Source: Eledone cirrhosa
Lineage: Eukaryota
DNA: 64,000 nt
Reading direction: 5' to 3'
Assembly: GCA_964016885.1 (NCBI GenBank)
Contig: OZ024756.1
Coordinates: 9,610,001 to 9,674,000 of the forward strand
The translations under genes and the position numbers were made by a program. Below are positions 13,901 to 25,299 of this stretch, piece by piece. The stretch's first letter is position 1, and each line of letters begins with the position of its first letter. The notes beneath the pieces are model-generated. The model ran no database searches and was not told where the DNA came from. It was given only the letters and a program-made list of their open reading frames with translations.

Positions 13901-16900
13901 CACCAACCAACCACCAACCAACCACCAACCACCAACCAACCACCAATCACCAACCAACCACCAAACACCAACCACCAACCAACCACCAACCAACCACCAA
14001 CCACCAATCACCAACCAATCACCAACCAACCAACCACCAACCACCAACCACCAACCAACCACAAATCACCAACCACCAACCAACCACCAAGAACCACCAA
14101 CCACCAACCACTAACCAACCACCAACCAACCACCAACCACCAACCACCAACCACCAACCACCAACCAACCACCAACCAACCACCAACCACCAACCAACCA
14201 CCAACCACCAACCACCAACCAACCACCAACCAACCACCAACCAACCACCAACCACCAACCAACCACTAACCAACCACAAACCAACCACCAACCACCAACC
14301 AACCAACCACCAACCACCAACCACCAACCACCAACCAACCACCAAGAACCACCAACCACCAACAACTAACCAACCACCAACCAACCACCAACCACCAACC
14401 ACCAACCAACCACCAACCAACCACCAACCACCAATCACCAACCAACCACCAAACACCAACCACCAAACACCAACCACCAACCAACCACCAACCAACCACC
14501 AACCACCAACCAACCACCAACAACCAAACACCAACCACCAACCAACCACCAACCAACCACCAACCACCAACCAACCACCAAACACCAACCAACCACCAAC
14601 CACCAATCACCAACTAATCACCAACCAACCACCAACCACCAACCAACCAGCAACCACCAACCACCAACCACCAACCAACCACCAATCACCAACCAACCAC
14701 CAACCACCAACCATCAATACCAACCAATCACCAACCAACCACCAACCACCAACCACCAACCAATCACCAACCAACCACCAACCACCAACCAATCACCAAC
14801 CAACCACCAACCACCAATCACCAACCAATCACCAACCAACCACCAACCACCAACCAACCAATCACCAACCAACCACCAACCAACCACCAACCACCAACCA
14901 CCAACCACCAACCAATCACCAACCAACCACCAACCACCAACCACCAACCACCAACCAACCACCGACCACCAACCACCAACCACCAACCACCAACCAACCA
15001 CCAACCACCAACCAACCACCAACCAACCACCAACCACCAACCAACCAACCACCAACCACCAACCACGAACCACCAATCACCAACCAACCACCAACCACCA
15101 ACCACCAACCAACAAGCACCAACCAACCACCAACCAACCACAAACCAACCACCAACCACCAACCAACCAACCACCAACCACCAACCACCAACCACCAACC
15201 AACCACCAATCACCAACCGCCAACCACCAACCACCAACCAATCACCAATCAACCACCAACCACCAACCAACCACCAACCACCAACCACCAACCACCAACC
15301 AACCACCAACCACCAACCACCAACCAACCACCAACCACCACCCACCAACCACCAACCAACCACCAACCAACCACCAACCAACCACCAATCACCAACCACC
15401 AACCACCAACCAATCACCAACCAACCACCAACCACCAACCACCAACCAACCACCAACCACCAACCACCAACCACCAACCACCAACCAACCACCAACCACC
15501 AACCACTAACCAACCACCAACCACGAACCACGAACCACGAACCACTAACCACCAACCATCAACCACCAACCAACCACCAATCACCAACCACCAACCACCA
15601 ACCAATCACCAACCTACCACCAACCACCAACCAACCACCAACCACCAACCACCAACCAACCAACCAACCACCAACCAACCACCAACCACCGACCACCAAC
15701 CATCAACCAACCACCAACCAACCACCAACCACCAACCACCAACCATCAACCAACCAACCATCAACCAACCAGCCACCAACCACCAATCACCAACCAATCA
15801 CCAACCAACCACCAACCACCAACCATCAACCACCAACCAACCATCAACCACCAACCACCAACCAACCACCAACCACCAACCAACCACCAACCAACCACCA
15901 ACTAACCACTAACCACCAACCAACCACCAACCATCAATACCAACCAATCACCAACCAACCACCAACCACCAACCACCAACCAATCACCAACCAACCACCA
16001 ACCACCAACCAATCACCAACCAACCACCAACCACCAATCACCAACCAATCACCAACCAACCACCAACCACCAACCAACCAATCACCAACCAACCACCAAC
16101 CAACCACCAACCACCAACCACCAACCACCAACCAATCACCAACCAACCACCAACCACCAACCACCAACCACCAACCAACCACCGACCACCAACCACCAAC
16201 CACCAACCACCAACCAACCACCAACCACCAACCAACCACCAACCAACCACCAACCACCAACCAACCACCAACCACCTACCACCAACCACCAACCAACCAC
16301 CAACCAACCACCAACCACCAACCAACCACCAAACACCAACCACCAACCAACCACCAACCAACCACCAACCACCAATCACCAACCAATCACCAACCAACCA
16401 CCAACCACCAACCACCAACCAACCACAAATCACCAACCACCAACCAACCACCAAGAACCACCAACAACCAACCACTAACCAACCACCAACCACCAACCAC
16501 CAACCACCAACCACCAACCAACCACCAACCACCAACCAACCACCAACTAACCACCAACCACCAATCACCAACCAATCACCAACCAACCACCAACCACCAA
16601 CCACCAATCACCAACCACCAACCAACCACCAAGAACCACCAACCACCAGCCACTAAGCAACCACCAACCAACCACCAACCACCAACCAACCACCAACGAA
16701 CCACCAACCACCAATCACCAACCAACCACCAAACACCAACCACCAAACACCAACCACCAACCAACCACCAACCAACCACCAACCACCAACCAACCACCAA
16801 CCACCAAACACCAACCACCAACCAACCACCAACCAACCACCAACCACCAACCAACCACCAACCACCAACCAACCACCAACCACCAATCACCAACCAATCA

Positions 16901-17518
16901 CCAACCAACCACCAACCTCCAACCAGTAACCACCAACCACCAACCACCAACCAACCACCAATCACCAACCAACCACCAACCACCAACTACCAACCAATCA
17001 CCAACCAACCACCAACCACCAACCACCAACCACCAACCACCAACCAATCACCAACCAACCACCAACCACCAACCAATCACCAACCAACCACCAACCACCA
17101 ATCACCAACCAATCACCAACCACCAACCACCAACCAACCAATCACCAACCAACCACCAACCACCAACCAACCACCAACCAACCACCAACCACCAACCACC
17201 AACCAATCACCAACCAACCACCAACCATCAACCAACCAACCACCAACCACCAACCAACCACCAACCACCAACCAACCACCAACCACCAACCACCAACCAA
17301 CCACCAACCACCAACCACCAGCCACCAACCACCAACCACCAACCAACCAACCACCAACCACCAACCACCAACCAACCACCAACCACCAACCACCAACCAT
17401 CAACCAACCAACCACCAACCACCAACCACCAACCACCAACCACCAGCCAACCAACCACCAACCACCAACCACCAACCAACCACCAACCACCAACCACCAA
17501 CCAACCACCAACCACCAA
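10900..17518. repeat. Right subdomain of array 1: returns to the 7/11-bp unit type and shares rare variants with 1-2950
   Basis: AATCCTTAAC (TCCTT at 2367 and 12931); CCAAGAACCACCAAGCACC at ~1876 and ~13868; CCACAAATCACC...CCAAGAACC at ~2163, ~12728, ~14059 and ~16423. Confidence 0.8.
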
Positions 17519-18399
17519 CTCTCTACCTGTCTCTACCTGTCTACTATCTCGATCTCTCTACTGTCTCTATCTCTCTACTGTCTCTATCTCTCTACTGTCT
17601 CTATCTCTCTACTGTCTACATCTCTCTACTGTCTCTATCTCTCTACTCTCTCTATCTCTCTACTCTCTCTATCTCTCTACTGTCTACATCTCTCTACTGT
17701 CTCTATCTCTCTACTGACTACATCTCTCTAGTGTCTCTATCTCTCTACTGTCTCTATCTCTCTACTGTCTCTATGTCTCTACTGTCTCTATCTCTCTACT
17801 GTCTCTATCTCTCTGCTGTCTATATCTCTCTACTGTCTCTATCTCTCTACTGACTATATCTCTCTACTGTCTCTATCTCTCTACTGTCTACATCTCTCTA
17901 CTGTCTCTATCTCTCTACTGTCTCTATCTCTCTACTGTCTCTATCTCTCTACTATCTCTATCTCTCTACTGTCTCTATCTCTCTACTGTCTCTATCTCTC
18001 TACTGTCTCTATCTCTCTACTGTCTCTATCTCTCTACTGTCTCTATCTCTCTACTGTCTCTATCTCTCTACTGACTCTATCTCTCTACTGTCTACATCTC
18101 TCTACTGTCTCTATCTCTCTACTGTCTCTATCTCTCTACTGTCTCTATCTCTCTACTGTCTCTACCTCTCTACTGTCTCTATCTCTCTACTGTCTACATC
18201 TCTCTACTGTCTCTATCTCTCTACTGTCTCTATCTCTCTACTGTCTCTATCTCTCTACTGTCTCTATCTCTCTACTGTCTCTATCTCTCTACTGTCTCTA
18301 TCTCTCTACTGTCTACATCTCTCTACTGTCTCTATCTCTCTACTGTCTCTATCTCTCTACTGTCTATATCTCTCTACTGTCTCTACCTCTCTACTATCT

Positions 18400-21300
18400 C
18401 TATCTCTCTGCTGTCTCTACCTCTCTACTGTCTCTATCTCTCTACTGTCTCTATCTCTCCACTGTCTCTATCTCCCTATGTCCCATTCTCTCTACTGTCT
18501 CTATCTCTCTACTGTCTCTATCTCTCTACTGTCTCTAACTGTCTACTGTCTATATCTCTCTACTGTCTCTATCTCTCTACTGTCTCTATCTCTCTACTGT
18601 CTCTATCTTTCTACTGTCTCTACCTCTCTACTGTCTCTATCTTTCTACTGTCTCAATCTCTCTACTTTCTCTATCTCTCTACTGTCTCTATCTCTCTACT
18701 GTCTCTATCTCTCTACTGTCTATATCTCTCTACTGTCTCTATCTCTCTATCTCTCTACTGTCTATATCTCTCTATCTCTCTATCTCTCTACTGTCTATAT
18801 CTCTCTACTGTCTCTACCCCTCTACTGTCTCTATCTCTCTACCGTCTCTATCTCTCTACTGTCTCTATCTCTCTACTGTCTCTATCTCTCCACTGTCTAT
18901 ATCTCTCTACTGTCTCTACCCCTCTACTGTCTCTATCTCTCTACTGTCGCTATCTCTCTACTGTCTCTATCTCTCTACTGACTCTATCTCTCTACTGTCT
19001 CTACCTCTCTACTGTCTCTATCTCTCTACTGTCTCTATCTCTCTACTGTCTCTATCTCTCTACTGTTTCTATCTCTCTACTGTCTCTACCTCTCTACTAT
19101 CTATATCTCTCTACAGTCTCTCTCTCTCTACTGTCCCTATCTCTCTATTGTCTCTATCTCTCTACTGTCTCTATCTCTCTACTGTCTCTATCTCTCTATT
19201 GTTTCTATCTCTCTACTCTCTCTATCTCTCTACTGTCTATCTCTCTACTGTCTCTATCCCTCTACTGTCTCTACCTGTCTACTATCTCGATCTCTCTACT
19301 GTCTCTATCTCTCTACTGTCTCTATCTCTCTACTGTCTACATCTCTCTACTGTCTCTATCTCTCTACTGTCTACATCTCTCTACTGTTTCTATCTCTCTA
19401 CTGTCTCTCTCTCTCTCTACTGTCCCTATCTCTCTATTGTCTCTATCTCTCTACTGTCTCTATCTCTCTACTGTCTCTATCTCTCTACTGTCTCTATCTC
19501 TCTACTGTCTCTATCTCTCTACTGTCTCTATCTCTCTACTGTCTCTACCTCTCTACTGTCTCTATCTCTCTACTGTCTACATCACTCTACTGTCTCTATC
19601 TCTCTACTGTCTCTATCTCTCTACTGTCTACATCTCTCTACTGTCTCTATCTCTCTACTGTCTACATCTCTCTACTGTCTACATCTCTCTACTGTCTCTA
19701 TCTCTCTACTGTCTATATCTCTCTACTGTCTCTACCTCTCTACTGTCTCTATCTCTCTACTGTCTATATCTCTCTACTGTCTCTATATCTCTACTGTCTC
19801 TACCTCTCTACTGTCTCTATCTCTCTACTGTCTCTATCTCTCTACTGTCTACATCTCTCTACTGTCTCTATCTCTCTACTGTCTCTATCTCTCTACTGTC
19901 TCTATCTCTCTACTCTCTCTATCTCTCTACTGTCTCTATCTCTCTACTGTCTCTATCTCTCTGCTCTCTCTACCTCTCTACTGTCTCTATCTCTCTACTG
20001 TCTCTATCTCTCCACTGTCTCTATCTCTCTACTGTCTATATCTCTCCACTGTCTCTATCTCTCTACTGTCTCTATCTCTCTACTGTCTATATCTCTCTAC
20101 TGTCTCTACCTCTCTACTGTCTATATCTCTCTACTGTCTCTATCTCTCTACTGTCTCTATCTCTCTACTGTCTCTATCTCTCTACTGTCTCTACCTCTCT
20201 ACTGTCCTTATCTCTCTACTGTCTCTATCTCTCTACTGTCTATATCTCTCTACTGTCTCTATCTCACTACTGTCTCTATCTCTCCACTGTCTCTACCTCT
20301 CTACTGTCCTTATCTCTCTACCGTCTCTATCTCTCTACTGTCTCTATCTCTCTATTGTTTCTATCTCTCTACTGTCTCTATCTCTCTACTGTCTCTATCT
20401 CTCCACTGTCTCTATCTCTCTGCTGTCTCTACCTCTCTACTGTCTCTATCTCTCTACTGTCTCTATCTCTCCACTGTCTCTATCTCTCTACTGTCTATAT
20501 CTCTCTACTGTCTCTATCTCTCTACTGTCTCTATCTCTATACTGTCTCTACCTCTCTACTGTCTGTATCTCTCTACTGTCTCTATCTCTCTACTGTCTCT
20601 ATCTCTCTACTGTCTCTACCTCTCTACTGTCCTTATCTCTCTACTGTCTCTATCTCTCTACTGTCTATATCTCTCTACTGTCTCTCTCTCTCTACTGTCT
20701 CTATCTCTCTACTGTCTCTATCTCTCTACTGTCTCTATCTCTCTACTGTCTCTAACTGTCTACTGTCTATATCTCTCTACTGTCTCTATCTCTCTACTGT
20801 CTCTATCTATCTACTGTCTCTATCTCTCTACTGTCTCTACCTCTCTACTGTCTATATCTCTCTACTGTCTCTACCCCTCTACTGTCTCTATCTCTCTACT
20901 GTCTCTATCTCTCTACTGTCTCTATCTCTCTACTGTCTCTATCTCTCTACTGTCTATATCTCTCTACTGTCTCTATCTCTCTACTGTCTCTATCTCTCTA
21001 CTGTCTCTATCTCTCTACTGTCTCTATCTCTCTACTGTCTCTATCTCTCTACTGTCTCTATCTCTCTACAGTTTCTATCTCTCTACTCTCTCTACCTCTC
21101 TACTGTCTATATCTCTCTACTGTCTCTATCTCTCTACTGTCCCTATCTCTCTATTGTCTCTATCTCTCTACTGTCTCTATCTCTCTACTGTCTCTATCTC
21201 TCTATTGTTTCTATCTCTCTATTCTCTCTATCTTTCTACTGTCTATCTCTCTACTGACTCTATCCCTCTACTGTCTCTACCTGTCTACTATCTCGATCTC

Positions 21301-24300
21301 TCTACTGTCTCTATCTCTCTACTGTCTCTATCACTTTACTGTCTCTATCTCTCTACTGTCTCTATCTCTCTACTGTCTCTATCTCTCTACTGTCTCTATC
21401 TCTCTACTGTCTACATCTCTCTACTGTCTCTATCTCTCTACTGTCTCTATCTCTCTACTGTCTACATCTCTCTACTGTCTCTATCTCTCTACTGACTACA
21501 TCTCTCTACTGTCTCTATCTCTCTACTGTCTCTATCTCTGTACTGTCTCTATCTCTCTACTGTCTATATCTCTCTACTGTCTCTACCTCTCTACTGTCTC
21601 TATCTCTCTACTGTCTATATCTCTCTACTGTCTCTATCTCTCTACTGTCTCTATCTCTCTACTGTCTACATCTCTCTACTGTCTCTATCTCTCTACTGTC
21701 TCTATCTCTCTACTGTCTCTATCTCTCTACTCTCTCTATCTCTCTACTGTCTCTATCTCTCTACTGTCTCTATCTCTCCACTGTCTCTATCTCTCTACTC
21801 TCTCTATCTCTCTACTGTCTCTATCTCTCTACTGTCTCTATCCCTCTACTGTCTCTACCTGTCTACTATCTCGATCTCTCTACTGTCTCTATCTCTCTAC
21901 TGTCTCCATCTCTCTACTGTCTCTATCTCTCTACTGTCTCTATCTCTCTACTGTCTCTACCTCTCTACTGTCTCTATCTCTCTACTGTCTACATCTCTCT
22001 ACTGTTTCTATCTCTCTACTGTCTCTATCTCTCTACTGTCTACATCTCTCTACTGTCTCTATCTTTCTACTGTCTCTATCTCTCCACTGTCTCTATCTCC
22101 CTATGTCCCATTCTCTCTACTGTCTCTATCTCTCTACTGTCTCTATCTCTCTACTGTCTCTAACTGTCTACTGTCTATATCTCTCTACTGTCTCTATCTC
22201 TCTACTGTCTCTATCTCTCTACTGTCTCTATCTCTCTACTGTCTCTACCTCTCTACTGTCTCTATCTCTCTACTGTCTCAATCTCTCTACTTTCTCTATC
22301 TCTCTACTGTCTCTATCTCTCTACTGTCTCTATCTCTCTACTGTCTATATCTCTCTACTGTCTCTATCTCTCTATCTCTCTACTGTCTATATCTCTCTAC
22401 TGTCTCTACCCCTCTACTGTCTCTATCTCTCTACTGTCTCTATCTCTCTACCGTCTCTATCTCTCTACTGTCTCTATCTCTCTACTGTCTCTATCTCTCT
22501 ACTGTCTATATCTCTCTACTGTCTCTACCCCTCTACTGTCTCTATCTCTCTACTGTCGCTATCTCTCTACTGTCTCTATCTCTCTACTGACTCTATCTCT
22601 CTACTGTCTCTACCTCTCTACTGTCTCTATCTCTCTACTGTCTCTATCTCTCTACTGTCTCTATCTCTCTACTGTCCCTATCTCTCTACTGTTTCTATCT
22701 CTCTACTGTCTCTACCTCTCTACTATCTATATCTCTCTACAGTCTCTCTCTCTCTACTGTCCCTATCTCTCTATTGTCTCTATCTCTCTACTGTCTCTAT
22801 CTCTCTACTGTCTCTATCTCTCTATTGTTTCTATCTCTCTACTCTCTCTATCTCTCTACTGTCTATCTCTCTACAGTCTCTATCCCTCTACTGTCTCTAC
22901 CTGTCTACTATCTCGATCTCTCTACTGTCTCTATCTCTCTACTGTCTCTATCTCTCTACTGTCTCTATCACTCTACTGTCTACATCTCTCTACTGTTTCT
23001 ATCTCTCTACAGTCTCTCTCTCTCTACTGTCCCTATCTCTCTATTGTCTCTATCTCTCTACTGTCTCTATCTCTCTACTGTCTCTATCTCTCTACTGTCT
23101 CTATCTCTCTACTGTCTCTATCTCTCTACTGTCTCTATCTCTCTACTGTCTCTACCTCTCTACTGTCTCTATCTCTCTACTGTCTCTATCTCTCTACTGT
23201 CTCTATCTCTCTACTGTCTCTATCTCTCTACTGTCTACATCTCTCTACTGTCTCTATCTCTCTACTGTCTACATCTCTCTACTGTCTACATCTCTCTACT
23301 GTCTCTATCTCTCTACTGTCTATATCTCTCTACTGTCTCTACCTCTCTACTGTCTCTATCTCTCTACTGTCTATATCTCTCTACTGTCTCTATATCTCTA
23401 CTGTCTCTACCTCTCTACTGTCTCTATCTCTCTACTGTCTCTATCTCTCTACTGTCTACATCTCTCTACTGTCTCTATCTCTCTACTGTCTCTATCTCTC
23501 TACTGTCTCTATCTCTCTACTCTCTCTATCTCTCTACTGTCTCTATCTCTCTACTGTCTCTATCTCTCTGCTCTCTCTACCTCTCTACTGTCTCTATCTC
23601 TCTACTGTCTCTATCTCTCCACTGTCTCTATCTCTCTACTGTCTATATCTCTCTACTGTCTCTATCTCTCTACTGTCTCTATCTCTCTACTGTCTATATC
23701 TCTCTACTGTCTCTACCTCTCTACTGTCTATATCTCTCTACTGTCTCTATCTCTCTACTGTCTCTATCTCTCTACTGTCTCTATCTCTCTTCTGTCTCTA
23801 CCTCTCTACTGTCCTTATCTCTCTACTGTCTCTATCTCTCTACTGTCTATATCTCTCTACTGTCTCTATCTCACTACTGTCTCTATCTCTCCACTGTCTC
23901 TACCTCTCTACTGTCCTTATCTCTCTACCGTCTCTATCTCTCTACTGTCTCTATCTCTCTATTGTTTCTATCTCTCTACTGTCTCTATCTCTCTACTGTC
24001 TCTATCTCTCCACTGTCTCTATCTCTCTGCTGTCTCTACCTCTCTACTGTCTCTATCTCTCTACTGTCTCTATCTCTCCACTGTCTCTATCTCTCTACTG
24101 TCTATATCTCTCTACTGTCTCTATCTCTCTACTGTCTCTATCTCTATACTGTCTCTACCTCTCTACTGTCTGTATCTCTCTACTGTCTCTATCTCTCTAC
24201 TGTCTCTATCTCTTTACTGTCTCTACCTCTCTACTGTCCTTATCTCTCTACTGTCTCTATCTCTCTACTGTCTATATCTCTCTACTGTCTCTCTCTCTCT

Positions 24301-25100
24301 ACTGTCTCTATCTCTCTACTGTCTCTATCTCTCTACTGTCTCTATCTCTCTACTGTCTCTAACTGTCTACTGTCTATATCTCTCTACTGTCTCTATCTCT
24401 CTACTGTCTCTATCTCTCTACTGTCTCTATCTCTCTACTGTCTCTACCTCTCTACTGTCTATATCTCTCTACTGTCTCTACCCCTCTACTGTCTCTATCT
24501 CTCTACTGTCTCTATCTCTCTACTGTCTCTATCTCTCTACTGTCTCTATCTCTCTACTGTCTATATCTCTCTACTGTCTCTAGCCCTCTACTGTCTCTAT
24601 CTCTCTACTGTCTCTATCTCTCTACTGTCTTTATCTCTCTACTGACTCTATCTCTCTACTGTCTCTACCTCTCTACTGTCTCTATCTCTCTACTGTCTCT
24701 ATCTCTCTACTGTCTCTATCTCTCTACTGTTTCTATCTCTCTACTCTCTCTACCTCTCTACTGTCTATATCTCTCTACTGTCTCTATCTCTCTACTGTCC
24801 CTATCTCTCTATTGTCTCTATCTCTCTACTGTCTCTATCTTTCTACTGTCTATCTCTCTACTGTCTCTATCCCTCTACTGTCTCTACCTGTCTACTATCT
24901 CGATCTCTCTACTGTCTCTATCTCTCTACTGTCTCTATCACTTTACTGTCTCTATCTCTCTACTGTCTCTATCTCTCTACTGTCTCTATCTCTCTACTGT
25001 CTCTATCTCTCTACTGTCTCTATCTCTCTACTGTCTCTATCTCTCTACTGTCTACATCTCTCTACTGTCTCTATCTCTCTACTGTCTCTATCTCTCTACT
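18400..25100. repeat. ~3.6-kb higher-order duplication within the 17-bp array (two copies; part recurs at ~30.2-31.8 kb)
   Basis: CCCTATGTCCCATT at ~18474 and ~22099 (ORF starts 18478/22103); TCGA landmarks 19287/22913 and 21293/24900; CTATACTG...GTCTGTATC at ~20.5, ~24.1 and ~31.0 kb. Confidence 0.8.
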
Positions 25101-25299
25101 GTCTCTATCTCTCTACTGTCTCTATCTCTCTACTGTCTACATCTCTCTACTGTCTCTATCTCTCTACTGTCTCTATATCTCTACTGTCTCTATCTCTCTA
25201 CTGTCTATATCTCTCTACTGTCTCTATCTCTCTACTGTCTCTACCTCTCTACTGTCTCTATCTCTCTACTGTCTCTATCTCTCTACTGTCTCTATCTCT

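Larger units (their letters stand above)
1..17518. repeat. Compound A/C-rich satellite array of ACC + AACC blocks (ACCAACC / ACCAACCAACC; minus strand GGTTGGT / GGTTGGTTGGT)
   Basis: Reads acc-aacc-acc-aacc-aacc... from base 1; the first non-A/C base is T198. The commonest variant is CCAATCA. The last repeat bases are ...accaccaa at 17518. The left end is cut by the window or contig edge. Confidence 0.98.

Noticed and set aside
198-17518. Numerous minus-strand W/L/V/G-rich ORFs
   Set aside because: They are translations of GGT/GGTT repeats, overlap in all three frames, mostly use TTG/GTG starts, and end at CCAATCA/CTAA variants. No domain or codon structure.
1-17518. Canonical telomere repeat
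   Set aside because: No CCCTAA, CCTAA or CCCTAAA arrays; only the non-canonical possibility is kept as a hypothesis.
17500-17560. Transposon end or target-site duplication at the junction
   Set aside because: The 10-bp repeat is tandem rather than flanking an insert; no terminal inverted repeat, LTR, poly(A) tail or coding remnant is visible.
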